Shown here: positions 20,005-30,681 of the stretch, in pieces | How positions within the stretch are numbered: position 1 is the stretch's first letter | Layout of the letters: each line of letters starts with the position of its first letter | DNA from: a virus | Taxonomy: Duplodnaviria; Heunggongvirae; Uroviricota; Caudoviricetes | Virus record (IMG/VR): IMGVR_UViG_3300037466_003757 | Span: 54,680 to 118,679 of that record | DNA: 64,000 bases | Strand: one strand, 5' to 3' | The notes under the pieces: model-generated | The model's database searches: none | What the model was told of the DNA's origin: nothing | The model's input: the letters and a program-made list of their open reading frames with translations, nothing else | Program-made: the position numbers and the translations under genes

Positions 20005-21036
20005 CTACTCCGCGGCGCTGAATACCGGTTGCGGAACCGATTCGTCTGTTGCGGACGATTCAGTATCTGCTGCAGCCTCAGCGACCGTATCGACAACATC
20101 GCCGTCGGTCTGGGACTTAGGCTTGCGACCGCGGCCCGGAGTCTCGAACGGAATCCGAGTACCGTCCAACCAGAGACCACCCTTGTCGTCACGCGTCAAC
20201 TGCGGACCTGCTGCAGCGCCCGGACCACGCTTGGCGAATACGCGACCCAAAGCCTGACGACGCAAACCACGAACCGGAATATCACCGGTGACATGACCGA
20301 ATTCGATCACAGCCCATGCTTCGTCCGAGAAACGCTCGTAGTATTCGCGGGTGATGATCTGTCGGCGTCCCCATACGACAGCGATGAAATCGCCGTTATC
20401 GGTCAATCCGACGACAGGAACGGCCGTCAGACCGGCAATACCACCGCCGCGGTTTTCGATGCTCCATACCGGCGGTTCGATGTCCTGGTTCGCGCTCGAA
20501 CCGACAGTCTGATACCACCCCTGGAATTTCTTGTAGACACGGATACCGATAACCGACCAACCCAGCGCGCGAACGGTACGCTCGAGCTCGTCCGCGTCGC
20601 GAACCTTCAGGGATGTATAACCGGCGATGTACTGAATGCTACCGTCAGAAGCAGCCAGACCTTCCTCCAGCCAGTACTGCAACGCATCGTGAATACGGAT
20701 ACCCTTGACCGAATCGTCCGAATCGGTACCGTTCCAGCCGCTGGCCGCGGCGAAATCCCGTTTGACGTCGGTGTCGGTGAAATCCACGAACTTGCCGTGG
20801 GCAGCACGCGCCGCGACAAGACCGTTGGCGAATGCCGCGAAAACGGCGTCCGGAGTCGTATCCGATCCGAATACACCCCAGCGATTCACGATCGCTCCGG
20901 GGTTCACCAGTGAAGGCTGACCGTCCGCGTCCTCCACTGTTTGAAGGAAGTACCGCAGACGAACCGCATCCTTGGAATTGTCGCGGTCGTACGGCAACTT
21001 GCCGATCTGTGCACCGCGAGGTACGAAACGTGGCAT
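20005..21036 (-). CDS. hypothetical protein
   Basis: 343-aa ORF with an acidic C-terminus. Confidence 0.5.
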   Translation of the reverse strand: MPRFVPRGAQIGKLPYDRDNSKDAVRLRYFLQTVEDADGQPSLVNPGAIVNRWGVFGSDTTPDAVFAAFANGLVAARAAHGKFVDFTDTDVKRDFAAASGWNGTDSDDSVKGIRIHDALQYWLEEGLAASDGSIQYIAGYTSLKVRDADELERTVRALGWSVIGIRVYKKFQGWYQTVGSSANQDIEPPVWSIENRGGGIAGLTAVPVVGLTDNGDFIAVVWGRRQIITREYYERFSDEAWAVIEFGHVTGDIPVRGLRRQALGRVFAKRGPGAAAGPQLTRDDKGGLWLDGTRIPFETPGRGRKPKSQTDGDVVDTVAEAAADTESSATDESVPQPVFSAAE

Positions 21037-21480
21037 AGCCAGTCACCTTCTTGTCTTGTTCTGTTGCTTGTCTGTCGCCGCTTGTCGCTGTCGCTGTCCG
21101 TCGTGACGCGTCCAGACATTTTAGCCTCAGACGATATCATTTCGAGCTCTACGGGTCAGTTTATGGCTAGAGCAGCAGGTTTCATCGTATACTAAACTAC
21201 CCGGAGTGATAACACCCCGGGCAGAATAGATTGTGAGAAACTGCTCGCTAACAGTATTCTACACACGCATACGGCGCGCGGATCATCGTTGTCGGATCGA
21301 TGCCGATAACGGTCGCGGCCTCGACCGACATGGAGACTCGACACATTTTCTCGTCCAATCGTTGAACGGAAAACGAAATAGCGACGTCAGAATACTGCAT
21401 GGAATTGATGAATCGTCGTGACCATATCACGGCCAAACTGCGTGGAATGTCACGAACGATCGGCATCTCCGCACATTCGA

Positions 21481-21837
21481 TCATGATTCCGTTCCTGTCG
21501 ATTGAAGTTTGTTGTTGGCGGTTGCACGCTCGATACGTCGTTGATCGCGCAGTTCACGACGCGCACGTGCATCGTCACGTTGTTTCATGGTCGTCACGAT
21601 TTCTCGCGCGACCGTGATTCCCGACGCCGTAAGAGTATATCGACCGATCTCTCGACCCACTCGTTTGACCGATTCACGGGTCAAACTTCCCTCTTCTTCG
21701 AGACGTTTCAGCATCGGATACACAGTTCCGCTGCCCAATCCCGTTGTTTCCATGATCGTGTTTCCCTGAAGCGACCTCTCCGGATTCTCCAAAAATAATC
21801 CGAGGATAATAGCCGCCGCGTGCGTAACCCGAGTCAC
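21481..21837 (-). CDS. PadR-family transcriptional regulator
   Basis: wHTH region GSGTVYPMLKRLEEEG matches the PadR signature. Confidence 0.6.
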   Translation of the reverse strand: MTRVTHAAAIILGLFLENPERSLQGNTIMETTGLGSGTVYPMLKRLEEEGSLTRESVKRVGREIGRYTLTASGITVAREIVTTMKQRDDARARRELRDQRRIERATANNKLQSTGTES

Positions 21838-21853
21838 TTCTCTCCCGTCATTC

Positions 21854-22432
21854 TCACCTTATAGACACCGAAGTGAGCTGCGCCCCGTGCACAGTCACGT
21901 TGTGTTCATACGCGTGTCTGCGCGCAGTTTTATAGTTGACGACCCGTCTGCTCGTGAATTTGTTGCATTCACTGCATTCGGATCGCCATACCCACTCGTG
22001 CGGATAGAATTTCGCACTCGTCGTCGGAATATGAATGACATGTGCGAGTTTTTTACCGCGTTTACCGATCGGAGTTTTCGGTAAAGGTTCGAGTGTGTCC
22101 CGTAGCGGGATATCTTTCCAATCGCCCCAGTCACCACAATTGGGCGAACGTGGACCGTATCGCCGGAACGACGCGTCACCGTCAAGACCGTGCGGAATCC
22201 ACATTCGCCGAACGTAGCCGTATTTCATGTCGATGTCGAGACTATATACGTGTCCGTCCGCTGTGACGTACACTCCGGGATCCTTCGGCTCTGGATCGAT
22301 CGGAGAACCGTCGGTATCACCTACGTGCGCGGCGATTGCCTCCACCGCGATACGTTCGCCGCTGATCGTGACAGGATAACCACGCCATTCGATCGTGACG
22401 GTGACATTCCAGGACGTATCAAAAGTTGTCAC
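21854..22432 (-). CDS. hypothetical protein
   Basis: 192 aa. Confidence 0.5.
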   Translation of the reverse strand: MTTFDTSWNVTVTIEWRGYPVTISGERIAVEAIAAHVGDTDGSPIDPEPKDPGVYVTADGHVYSLDIDMKYGYVRRMWIPHGLDGDASFRRYGPRSPNCGDWGDWKDIPLRDTLEPLPKTPIGKRGKKLAHVIHIPTTSAKFYPHEWVWRSECSECNKFTSRRVVNYKTARRHAYEHNVTVHGAQLTSVSIR

Positions 22433-23049
22433 GCTGCTCGCGTGAGCAGACGTTGCCCTTCATCGGTCAGCATTCTGCTCACGAGAACGTGAACAGTCAG
22501 AACCTGAGGACGGGTGATACCGCGATCCATCCACTCCTCGAGCTGCGCGACCGAAACCGTCGGGATCCGGTGCCGTCCGCTGGAGAAATGTTCGGCCAGA
22601 TAGTAATCTGCGAAGTCGATAAACGAAGAAGCCGCACGCTGCATCGCGCTACGTGCGGTCTCCCACGCCTTTCGAACGGAAGATATCTTCATTGATACGT
22701 TGTACCTTTCCTGCTCGCGAAAATTCAGCGCGAAACGTTTCGTAGCTGCTTGTCCAGAGTCTCGATGTGATGACGACCGGCTCGTGTATTCCACACGAAC
22801 TTCCAGCTGTTCCGATTCTTGAAGTTGATCGAGAATCCGATTACGCGGGTAATCTCCCATTTGGGATCGTAACCCCAGATTTTGGTCACACGTTCGCCGC
22901 GATATTTGGGCGTGTGGGAGATTCGACTCGAAAAAACGCGCATTTTCGCTCTCCGTATAGTTTCGTCCGACGATGAAAATCGCCGGACGTCGGTGTCGTG
23001 TCGTATCAGTGTCGAACGTCGATCTGTAGCAGCAAATCGTTGAGTGCAC
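22429..23049 (-). CDS. hypothetical protein
   Basis: 206 aa. Confidence 0.5.
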   Translation of the reverse strand: MHSTICCYRSTFDTDTTRHRRPAIFIVGRNYTESENARFFESNLPHAQISRRTCDQNLGLRSQMGDYPRNRILDQLQESEQLEVRVEYTSRSSSHRDSGQAATKRFALNFREQERYNVSMKISSVRKAWETARSAMQRAASSFIDFADYYLAEHFSSGRHRIPTVSVAQLEEWMDRGITRPQVLTVHVLVSRMLTDEGQRLLTRAA

Positions 23050-23224
23050 CGGATTTGCCTGTGAAACGAACCGTCACACCTTCGCTGGTCCGCGATACGA
23101 CGCCCTCATTACGGGTTTTAGTACGTGCGGCCCACTTGTTTGCGACGTAATTGACAAGATCGTCCGACATCGGTCGGAACTCGACGTCAGCGAAATTCTT
23201 GGTGGTGGTATCCGATTCGTTCAT
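23006..23224 (-). CDS. hypothetical protein
   Basis: 72 aa; a family promoter lies immediately upstream. Confidence 0.4.
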   Translation of the reverse strand: MNESDTTTKNFADVEFRPMSDDLVNYVANKWAARTKTRNEGVVSRTSEGVTVRFTGKSGALNDLLLQIDVRH

Positions 23225-23230
23225 ATGTCT

Positions 23231-23259
23231 ATAATATCACGTATGGTATTAGTTGTAAA
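23231..23259 (-). promoter_or_regulatory. sigma-A-type promoter TTTACA-N17-TATTAT
   Basis: Conserved family, minus strand. Confidence 0.55.
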
Positions 23260-23319
23260 CGCTATGAGGCACGAAAAACGGCGATCACCGAAGCAATCGC
23301 CGTCGTTCGTCGTGACAGA

Positions 23320-23778
23320 TCAGTTGTTGACGGTGTCCCATCGGGTGGTGTGCGGCTGCGCAGTCAGGGTTCCGAGAGCGTCAGCTCCGGCGATGACCAG
23401 GGTCGGGCCACCGGCGACGATGGTGCCGACCACGCCGCCAGCGGCTGCGCCCAGCGCCAAACCGCCGAGGCAACCAGCCGGAGTTCCGATCAAAGCTGTC
23501 GGCAAGGCGATAACACCCGCGCCCACCAGGCAGCCGACGCCAGCTCCGATAACGGTACCCGTGAGGCTACCGACGGCGATGGCGGTGCTGAGCTGCGTAC
23601 CGAGGTTGGCCATGGCCGCGTGATCCTCCATCGGAGACGCCACCGGAGTGACAGCGACGGGTACGTCGGCAGACGCGATTCCCACCGTGGCGACCGACGC
23701 ACCGGCAGCTCCGATGGTGGAAGCGATGGCCAATCCAGCGATGACCCGAGTAGCACGGGCGCGAGTGTTGATGATCAT
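23320..23778 (-). CDS. Gly/Ala-rich membrane protein
   Basis: N-terminal TM segment followed by GAG/AAG low-complexity sequence. Confidence 0.45.
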   Translation of the reverse strand: MIINTRARATRVIAGLAIASTIGAAGASVATVGIASADVPVAVTPVASPMEDHAAMANLGTQLSTAIAVGSLTGTVIGAGVGCLVGAGVIALPTALIGTPAGCLGGLALGAAAGGVVGTIVAGGPTLVIAGADALGTLTAQPHTTRWDTVNN

Positions 23779-24042
23779 TTTTTCGTCTCTTTCTATGACT
23801 GTTGTCTGTTGTCTTCGCTCCTTAACTGTCTGTTTTGGAGCTCTATGAGCGTTGTACTATGACTATATCGTATATTTTACGGTTTTTATTTCCGGAATCG
23901 AGAAAAGAATCTGGACCACGATCCAACGTATCTGCAACCGCATCCGAGAGTACAACCGAAGGGCCCGTGAAACTGAAACAAATGTCCGCATGTACACATT
24001 GTGTCTGTATCCTTGTCTGTATCTGTATTGGATCTGTATCAA

Positions 24043-24453
24043 TCAAACGGTGACGGTTACCGGCGGGGTCGGTACACCAACGAGACGTGCCGATGGCCAG
24101 CCTCGATATGCACGAAGAACGGATCCGCAACCGCACCCTCTGGCAGGTGTAACGACTAAAAGCTGTCCAGTATTCAATACCAATTGAATACTCGATGTCG
24201 TAAACGTCGTGATGCGTTGAACCTGTTCGGCGACTGTGACAGGCGGAGTTCCGCCCGTCTGACTACCGACCCATACGATCGCGACCCACGATGACGGATC
24301 CGCCGGATCACTTGGGCCGTCCGGTCCCGGAATCTGCGCCATTGCGAATCGTGCCGGTGACACGCCCTGGGAATCCAGGACAACTTGTACCGGAAAACGC
24401 GATGCAGCGACGCGGACGACACCATCGCTCACCAGCGAATCGAGATCGTACAT
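24043..24453 (-). CDS. hypothetical protein
   Basis: 136 aa. Confidence 0.4.
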   Translation of the reverse strand: MYDLDSLVSDGVVRVAASRFPVQVVLDSQGVSPARFAMAQIPGPDGPSDPADPSSWVAIVWVGSQTGGTPPVTVAEQVQRITTFTTSSIQLVLNTGQLLVVTPARGCGCGSVLRAYRGWPSARLVGVPTPPVTVTV

Positions 24454-24454
24454 G

Positions 24455-26389
24455 TCAGTTTCCGTCCATCAAATAAGAGTCGTTACCCGAACGAGCTCCG
24501 AGTTGTTTCGGTCCGGACAGCATGTCAAGCACGATTTCCGGTTTATTCAAGCACATCCACAGCAACGGTTTGCCACCGAACGAAGCCGGTCGGTCGTATC
24601 CATCCGGTTGTTCGGTCTCATCCAGCCATTTGTCGATTGCATCCTTGATCGCTGGAGTCAAGAATATGGTTAGTGCGTGATCCAGTCCGTCGGATTTGTC
24701 CGTCATTACAACGTCGATGTCCTGATCGCTGTGATCGCGGAAACTCGCGTGAACCAGATGCTGCGTCGTCCATGCGGGCGCCCAATGATACGAAACGGAT
24801 CCGAAACCGGGTCGTCCGGTTCCGTCCTTGTCGTCCGAATCACGATTCCATTGAGCCGTTGCCTGCATGAGCAAGACTTCGGAGAACAAATTGCCGTTTT
24901 TCCATTCACTACGTGGCATCACGGACGGATACCAATAGCGATCTACTCCGTATACAGCAGCGGCGAAATCACGATCCTGCAACGCCGCATTGAGTGGAAT
25001 GCTCTTACGCTGTCGCAGCGATTCGAGCATTTTGTCGCATCGCGCGATCAATTTCTCACGGTCGCTGGAGATCGATACGGGCTCGTATCCGCTCTTACCC
25101 GCTGCAGACTTGATCACGTTCATCACCGCGCTGGGTGCGCATGTGTCCAATTTCATCAACTTCGCGACATCGGCGTTGACCGGCGCCGTGAGCGCATAAA
25201 CGTTGACGACCGGAGATTGATTATTCTCGGTCGCTTCGTGAGTTTTGACCTGCAGTAAGATATCGCCGCCAGTTCCCTGTGAACGCAGACGTTGACATAC
25301 GGTCATACGCTTCAACAGACGTGCATCGGCGTACAGCCAACTGTCATCGGTCTCGTTTTCGCTGTGAGCGATGTCACGAGGAATGAAACACCGAACCGCA
25401 TGTACGAGATCATCGACCGGTGCCCAAACTCCGTCGCCTTCCGGCGCGTTTTCACCAACGGTCATCGATCGTTCGAAACGCGCGAATACGGCACGATGTG
25501 TGACACCCATACACATAGCCAAGTTCTGCGCGGTCATTCCGCGACGAAGAAGCAGATCTAGCATCAGATCCAGAACCCACGAACAAACTTGTTCTTCCAG
25601 GGTCGATTTCGCACCACGTGACTTGTACGAGACACGCCATAGTGCACGCATCGCAGTCGCAATTTCTTGCGGAGGAAGTGCGACGACCTTCCGAAGAACA
25701 AGGCCGGATCGTTTCGTTCGGAAATCGGACGTTCGAACATCGAGAAGTGCTCGACCGCTGGCTCCATCGGTATCAGATGCCGTATGCGGCACGTTCGCCG
25801 CAGCGTTCAACAACGCTTCTTCTTGCTCGCTGACTGGTTCGTTGATGTGCGTCATGACCCACTTATTGACGGTGGGTCGTGATACGTCCAGGATATCGGC
25901 GATAGTTCGAACTTGCCAGCCCAGCTCGGTGAACAAAACCGACATCACAGCTCCCGCACGCGATCGTGACGGGAACGACGCGTAGACCGCGTCCGCGTAA
26001 GCTCTGTGGTAACTCCGAACATCGGTGACCAGATCGGGCTGTCCATCGGGAAGAAGACGAATACAGACGCTAGGCGCTTCTGCGTTGTCGACCCCGGCGG
26101 ACTTGTCGTACTCGTTCGTGAACTGTCGAATCTCGTTGTCTTCGTACGGCGTGTTATCGGCGCGTACGAGCGCATAGCTCGGGATTCTCCCAGAAGCAAG
26201 TAAGATTCGAACGCTCGAAACGAGCGGCTGGTCCCAGGTCAGTTTGGTCAAGTTGACCGCACTGATCTCATCGATGTCGGGTGTTTCTAGCCGATTATTG
26301 TCGACTGCTGTGCCCGCGTCCATGTCTATCTCACTCTCTCCTGCGCATGCATCTCCGTGTTTGTGTGTCAGCGTCCATGTCTGTATCAC
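24455..26389 (-). CDS. large DNA-binding protein with two HTH motifs
   Basis: IADILDVSRPTVNKWV and LAMCMGVTHRAVFARF HTH motifs; 644 aa. Confidence 0.55.
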   Translation of the reverse strand: MIQTWTLTHKHGDACAGESEIDMDAGTAVDNNRLETPDIDEISAVNLTKLTWDQPLVSSVRILLASGRIPSYALVRADNTPYEDNEIRQFTNEYDKSAGVDNAEAPSVCIRLLPDGQPDLVTDVRSYHRAYADAVYASFPSRSRAGAVMSVLFTELGWQVRTIADILDVSRPTVNKWVMTHINEPVSEQEEALLNAAANVPHTASDTDGASGRALLDVRTSDFRTKRSGLVLRKVVALPPQEIATAMRALWRVSYKSRGAKSTLEEQVCSWVLDLMLDLLLRRGMTAQNLAMCMGVTHRAVFARFERSMTVGENAPEGDGVWAPVDDLVHAVRCFIPRDIAHSENETDDSWLYADARLLKRMTVCQRLRSQGTGGDILLQVKTHEATENNQSPVVNVYALTAPVNADVAKLMKLDTCAPSAVMNVIKSAAGKSGYEPVSISSDREKLIARCDKMLESLRQRKSIPLNAALQDRDFAAAVYGVDRYWYPSVMPRSEWKNGNLFSEVLLMQATAQWNRDSDDKDGTGRPGFGSVSYHWAPAWTTQHLVHASFRDHSDQDIDVVMTDKSDGLDHALTIFLTPAIKDAIDKWLDETEQPDGYDRPASFGGKPLLWMCLNKPEIVLDMLSGPKQLGARSGNDSYLMDGN

Positions 26390-26425
26390 GTCGTGATGGA
26401 TACTGTCTGCGACCCATCTATACTT

Positions 26426-26455
26426 ATAGTATCACGTTATGATAAGAAATGTAAA
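26426..26455 (-). promoter_or_regulatory. sigma-A-type promoter TTTACA-N18-TACTAT
   Basis: Conserved family member. Confidence 0.5.
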
Positions 26456-26521
26456 TGGGTAGATTACTAGATGTTCGCTACATCACATTAGAATGCCTAA
26501 ACGGCGTGAAAACGACGCTTT

Positions 26522-28279
26522 TTAACGAGAAAAATGAGTTGGCGGACGATATAAACGGTTATCGAGAGCTCGTAGACTGGACGAACCCATCGTAGACGGA
26601 AGATTCATCCGAGACGGTCGTCCGGCCTTCCGTAATTGCTTGTGAGCGTCTTCGTCTTCATCGATATACGGTTCGAGATCACTTTCCGGAATATCGGTCG
26701 CGACACGAAGACGTTCCTTGATCTCTTTTTTGCTCTTACCGGATGTGCCCCATCGCGACGAAACGTGATGACCGGTGAGCGGATCGTGATCGCGAACCGC
26801 GGCAAGATGACGTTCGGAGAGATCCGCTGCCATCTGCACCTTGCCCAGCCAGCCTTTCGGTGATTTGACGAGCAATGCGGTGAGACCGTGAACGGTAGCG
26901 TCCAAACGGTCAGGAGATGCGAGACCATGACCAGGAGCCCAACCGGTCCATTGGGATTCGAGCATACCGAACGCCATGTTGTCACCGCAGTGATGTATAC
27001 GTCCACGCTGATACGCTGCCGCAACCGGCTCGGCACGTTCGAACTTGGACACTCCCGCATGAACGAGCAATACCGGCACACGCGGATCGATACCCTGAAT
27101 GACCATACGTACCATCTCGCCACCTTGATTCGCCTCAGCGATGACGGGTGCGCGGTATTTACGGGCGAGTTTGACGACGCGACTAGCCCACATTTCGGGA
27201 GGACCGAGCAAACTACCGTCTTCGAGAACGAATCCCTGACGTGCGTAGAGTTTTTTCTCGCCGGTTGCACCGACCGCGACGATACCGCATTCATCGTTCG
27301 GATGTGCCGAAACGGACGGGTCGACACCGATCGCGCGGAACGGAAGCGTCTTCCAGAACTCGGGCGCGTGTTCGAGCGAGAAATGCACTGTACGTGAATC
27401 ATCGATAACGCTCTGTGTGAGAAGCGCGCCATCGACGTCAGTGAGAAGTTCACCCTCCAGCTCTTGCTTGCCGAGCGTGGTACCCTCATAGAGACCAGCG
27501 ACCGTGGCCTGATAGTCGACAGACAAATGCCGGTTCGCGTACGTAGAACCACGAATCAACAAAACGCTGTCAGGATTCTCTTCGGCCTGTTTGACTAAAC
27601 CGAGGGTGACTTCGTTGCGTTTCGGCGTGGTCGCGACCCAAATCTGCGGATGAGAACCGAGACGCGTGGAGAGCTTGATCTGATCGAAAGCGTTGATCAA
27701 TCCGGAGTTCGCATTGGAACGATACGAACTGATTTCGTCCAGAAAGCTAGCGTGTTGCTGCGAACCACGGATGGCGTCGGGTCGTTCCGCGGAGAACGTA
27801 ATTGCTTCAGATCCGTTCTTCCATACGAGACGTCGGACCATCGGTTTGAATTCGGGACGTTCGGCCGGATCGATGACATTCATGATTCCACTGTCGCCGA
27901 GGATCATAACGTCACGTACGTCGGCGCTGGTACGTCCGACAAGCGCAAGACGCGATCCAGGATGATCCATGGCGTATTTGTGGATCGTTTTCGACAGCGC
28001 GAACGACTTGCCCCAACCACGACCGCAGAGAACCGCTGTGAGCGTTGCTGTCGAATTGATGAATTCGAGCTGAGAAGGCCGACACCAGAATCCGTTATCG
28101 TAAATCAGACCTTCGAAATTTTGTCCCGCAAGAATTTCTTCTTGCTGTTCTTGCGGAAGCATTGCGACTTTGTCGGCGAGCGACATGTCTTCTTCGGGCG
28201 AATAGTATCTGCCCAGGCCCTTTGCGGGAACGTACGCTTGCCGTGTACGCGGCGGCGCTTCGTCACTCGAATAAGCCAT
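26522..28279 (-). CDS. terL: terminase large subunit
   Basis: Walker A LCGRGWGKS; C-terminal RNaseH-like nuclease region VDPSVSAHPNDECGIVAVG; 585 aa. Confidence 0.85.
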   Translation of the reverse strand: MAYSSDEAPPRTRQAYVPAKGLGRYYSPEEDMSLADKVAMLPQEQQEEILAGQNFEGLIYDNGFWCRPSQLEFINSTATLTAVLCGRGWGKSFALSKTIHKYAMDHPGSRLALVGRTSADVRDVMILGDSGIMNVIDPAERPEFKPMVRRLVWKNGSEAITFSAERPDAIRGSQQHASFLDEISSYRSNANSGLINAFDQIKLSTRLGSHPQIWVATTPKRNEVTLGLVKQAEENPDSVLLIRGSTYANRHLSVDYQATVAGLYEGTTLGKQELEGELLTDVDGALLTQSVIDDSRTVHFSLEHAPEFWKTLPFRAIGVDPSVSAHPNDECGIVAVGATGEKKLYARQGFVLEDGSLLGPPEMWASRVVKLARKYRAPVIAEANQGGEMVRMVIQGIDPRVPVLLVHAGVSKFERAEPVAAAYQRGRIHHCGDNMAFGMLESQWTGWAPGHGLASPDRLDATVHGLTALLVKSPKGWLGKVQMAADLSERHLAAVRDHDPLTGHHVSSRWGTSGKSKKEIKERLRVATDIPESDLEPYIDEDEDAHKQLRKAGRPSRMNLPSTMGSSSLRALDNRLYRPPTHFSR

Positions 28280-28322
28280 GCGATCATGGTAAATCCGAAA
28301 CGAAGTTGAACGAGCTCTCCCG

Positions 28323-28514
28323 TTAGACCCCAGGATCTAATTCGATATCACCGGGTTCACAACGTGTCGCCCATAATTCTCCGGGAACACGAACGAAAGC
28401 CCATTTCATATTGACCGAATGAATCGTACCGTGGCGACCTATGAGCGAACCGGACGTGATCGTGACGGGTTTACCGAGCGAACGTTGCGCTTCGACCATG
28501 TCTTTCACGATCAC
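28323..28514 (-). CDS. hypothetical protein
   Basis: 63 aa. Confidence 0.4.
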   Translation of the reverse strand: MIVKDMVEAQRSLGKPVTITSGSLIGRHGTIHSVNMKWAFVRVPGELWATRCEPGDIELDPGV

Positions 28515-28531
28515 GATCCGTTCTCGAGTCG

Positions 28532-28822
28532 CTACTTTTTGGCATCCTTTTTACGGGCCAACTTCGCGGCCATAGCCACAGCCGTATCGTTGTTCTTGTT
28601 TGCCCACGAAAGAACTTTGGAGATAACCGAACCAGGATCCGGTGCGTGTCCCCGCAATTTTAACGCGGAACGTGCGCTTTTTCTGTCGAATACGGGAAAT
28701 GAACCGGGTCGCATTCCCTTCGATCCGCTTTTCGCTCCGAATTTACTACGTGCCGCTTGCGTCACGTTTCCTTTGGACCGCATTACGTCGTCTGCCACGA
28801 GAGCTCCCCGAATTGGTTGCAA
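28532..28822 (-). CDS. small basic protein
   Basis: 96 aa, Lys/Arg-rich; a small terminase or DNA-binding role is possible. Confidence 0.45.
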   Translation of the reverse strand: MQPIRGALVADDVMRSKGNVTQAARSKFGAKSGSKGMRPGSFPVFDRKSARSALKLRGHAPDPGSVISKVLSWANKNNDTAVAMAAKLARKKDAKK

Positions 28823-28876
28823 CGTCTCGTGAAGAATCTTACGCTGTTGTGAATGATGACGTGTAATGCGACAGAA

Positions 28877-29167
28877 TTACGTCCAGTCGTCGGGAACGAA
28901 TACCAGATCACATTCGCCGCAGGTGCATGGGCGATCGTCACTATGACGTGTATACGTAATCGACAAAAGAATAACGATGAACGACGAGATGGCCATTCCG
29001 AATGACCAGTGCTTTCCCATGACGTACGCGCCTGTGGCATAACCGCAAATGAATGAAGCCAGACCTGCTACAAAGCCGCCGCGTAAGAATGCGGCGGCCG
29101 AAGCAAGATTCTGGCGATCTTCGTCAGTCATCGGTGTCGGTATCCTCGGGTCCCTTGCGGAGAACAT
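28877..29167 (-). CDS. membrane protein
   Basis: TM helices. Confidence 0.45.
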   Translation of the reverse strand: MFSARDPRIPTPMTDEDRQNLASAAAFLRGGFVAGLASFICGYATGAYVMGKHWSFGMAISSFIVILLSITYTRHSDDRPCTCGECDLVFVPDDWT

Positions 29168-29326
29168 CGTTCATGTAATCGTTGAGCTCGGGATCGAACT
29201 CGTCGGTCTCGTCCCAATAGCGGGAATCGTTCCGGTGAAGCGTATCCATACCGTACATTTCGGGTCTCCTGTCGCCGTTCGTTCCTATCGTATCGTATAA
29301 CGTCAGGATCGTAAACACTATTCCCG

Positions 29327-29659
29327 TTAGTCGAGTTCTTTTCCGTACGCCCAGTCCAATGCCTGATCGCTGTCATCGAACTCTTTCATTCGCGGATATC
29401 GCTGAATAGGATCGTCGTCCTGCCATGCGACTCCCACTGACGATTGAACACCGCTGCCCCAGGTGTCAGCACGAATAAAAACGTGTGTCTCGTCAGAGAT
29501 TTTGACGACCTGATAATAGTCTGTGTTTTTGACCTTGTACGCGAGACGTACCAGAATCCACGCGATCCAGTATCGAAATCCGAATTCTTTGATACACCAA
29601 TATTCGGGATACACGCGGAGAGAGGAGTACTCGAAACTCACGAACGTCAAACGCCGCAT
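29327..29659 (-). CDS. hypothetical protein
   Basis: 110 aa. Confidence 0.45.
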   Translation of the reverse strand: MRRLTFVSFEYSSLRVYPEYWCIKEFGFRYWIAWILVRLAYKVKNTDYYQVVKISDETHVFIRADTWGSGVQSSVGVAWQDDDPIQRYPRMKEFDDSDQALDWAYGKELD

Positions 29660-29754
29660 CCCGATTAGCAGTCGGGTCCCAGCCCTGCTGGGTTCACTCT
29701 CCTCAGCGGCGAGCGGAGGTCCCGACCCCCATACAGTCTCCCGTACGTACCGCT

Positions 29755-29782
29755 TTCAAAACGGTCTCGCGCACCCGCGCGA
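29755..29782 (-). terminator. intrinsic terminator after tRNA-Gln
   Basis: Hairpin TCGCGC-GGGU-GCGCGA followed by GACCGUUUUG on the minus strand. Confidence 0.45.
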
Positions 29783-29808
29783 TTCGCTCGCCATGTTCAG
29801 TTATCAAG

Positions 29809-29879
29809 CTCCCGGTGACGGATTCGAACCACCATTTTCCGTTCCAGAGACGGACGTCTTGCCATTAGACGAACCAGGA
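29809..29879 (-). tRNA. tRNA-Gln(CTG)
   Basis: Cloverleaf: acceptor TCCTGGT/ACCGGGA, anticodon loop CTCTGGA, T-loop TTCGAAT. Confidence 0.7.
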
Positions 29880-29965
29880 TTGGCTATTCAGTTACTGTCC
29901 ATCCAACGTGACCAGATTTGTTCTGATGCTTGTTGATTTCCGTTGGAGTTTATTTAATTGTTAAG

Positions 29966-30036
29966 CTGCCCCGCCAGGATTCGGACCTGGGCTAACTGAA
30001 CCAAAGTCAGTCGTGCTGCCGCTACACTACGGAGCA
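29966..30036 (-). tRNA. tRNA-Gln(TTG)
   Basis: Acceptor TGCTCCG/CGGGGCA, T8A9, anticodon loop CTTTGGT, T-loop TCCGAAT. Confidence 0.65.
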
Positions 30037-30085
30037 TTGCGTTCGTTTTCTACGGTATCACGAAACGCGCTGAGATGAAACTCAA

Positions 30086-30415
30086 TTACGATCGCGAATT
30101 GCGACGACCGCGAGTCCCGACGAGTCCGATTTTTTCACCACGCGCGACACGAACGCGGAGATCGAGCAGATCGCGATGAGCTTTCGTCATCGACGTCACG
30201 GCGCGTTCGTACGCCTGGTCGTGGGTTTCGTTCGCTCCGGCGAGAGTGATCGCCGAATAAACCGACGTACCGTTTTCCTTGATGTCCCAGAAAAACGAAC
30301 CCTCACGCGGCGAATCGATCGTGAAATTCCACTCGTTCGTGGTTTCGTCGTACACGGTGCTCATCTTCGTCTCCTGTCTCGTATACCGACGGACGGAAGG
30401 CAGCATTCCCTCCAT
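30086..30415 (-). CDS. hypothetical protein
   Basis: 109 aa. Confidence 0.45.
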   Translation of the reverse strand: MEGMLPSVRRYTRQETKMSTVYDETTNEWNFTIDSPREGSFFWDIKENGTSVYSAITLAGANETHDQAYERAVTSMTKAHRDLLDLRVRVARGEKIGLVGTRGRRNSRS

Positions 30416-30511
30416 CTCGGGTCGAATGACTTACCCGATGCGATTTCATGGGGCGCTTTGTCCCGGTCTCTGTGCTTTCGGGATTTGACCTTCCAATCCG
30501 TCGATACGTCT

Positions 30512-30540
30512 ATCGTATCACACAGAAGACAACTTGTAAA
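30512..30540 (-). promoter_or_regulatory. sigma-A-type promoter TTTACA-N17-TACGAT
   Basis: Conserved family member. Confidence 0.6.
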
Positions 30541-30589
30541 ATCTTTCGATTCTCGAGTACTTTGTCCGATTTGAGTAAGAAAAGTCTGT

Positions 30590-30665
30590 CTCTAGAAACG
30601 ACTCAGACGCGCTTTCGGATCGAAGTCGATAAAATTATCGTCAACGTATTGTCAGCGCGTCTGAG
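30590..30665 (-). terminator. long hairpin, possible terminator
   Basis: 11-bp inverted repeat CTCAGACGCGC/GCGCGTCTGAG followed by UCGUUUCU. Confidence 0.35.
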
Positions 30666-30681
30666 ACGTACCTGGACGTTA

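Noticed and set aside
29660-29808. Candidate tmRNA or ncRNA next to tRNA-Gln(CTG)
   Set aside because: Contains only nested GC-rich hairpins and a terminator-like stem with a U-run; there is no tRNA-like 3' end or tag reading frame.
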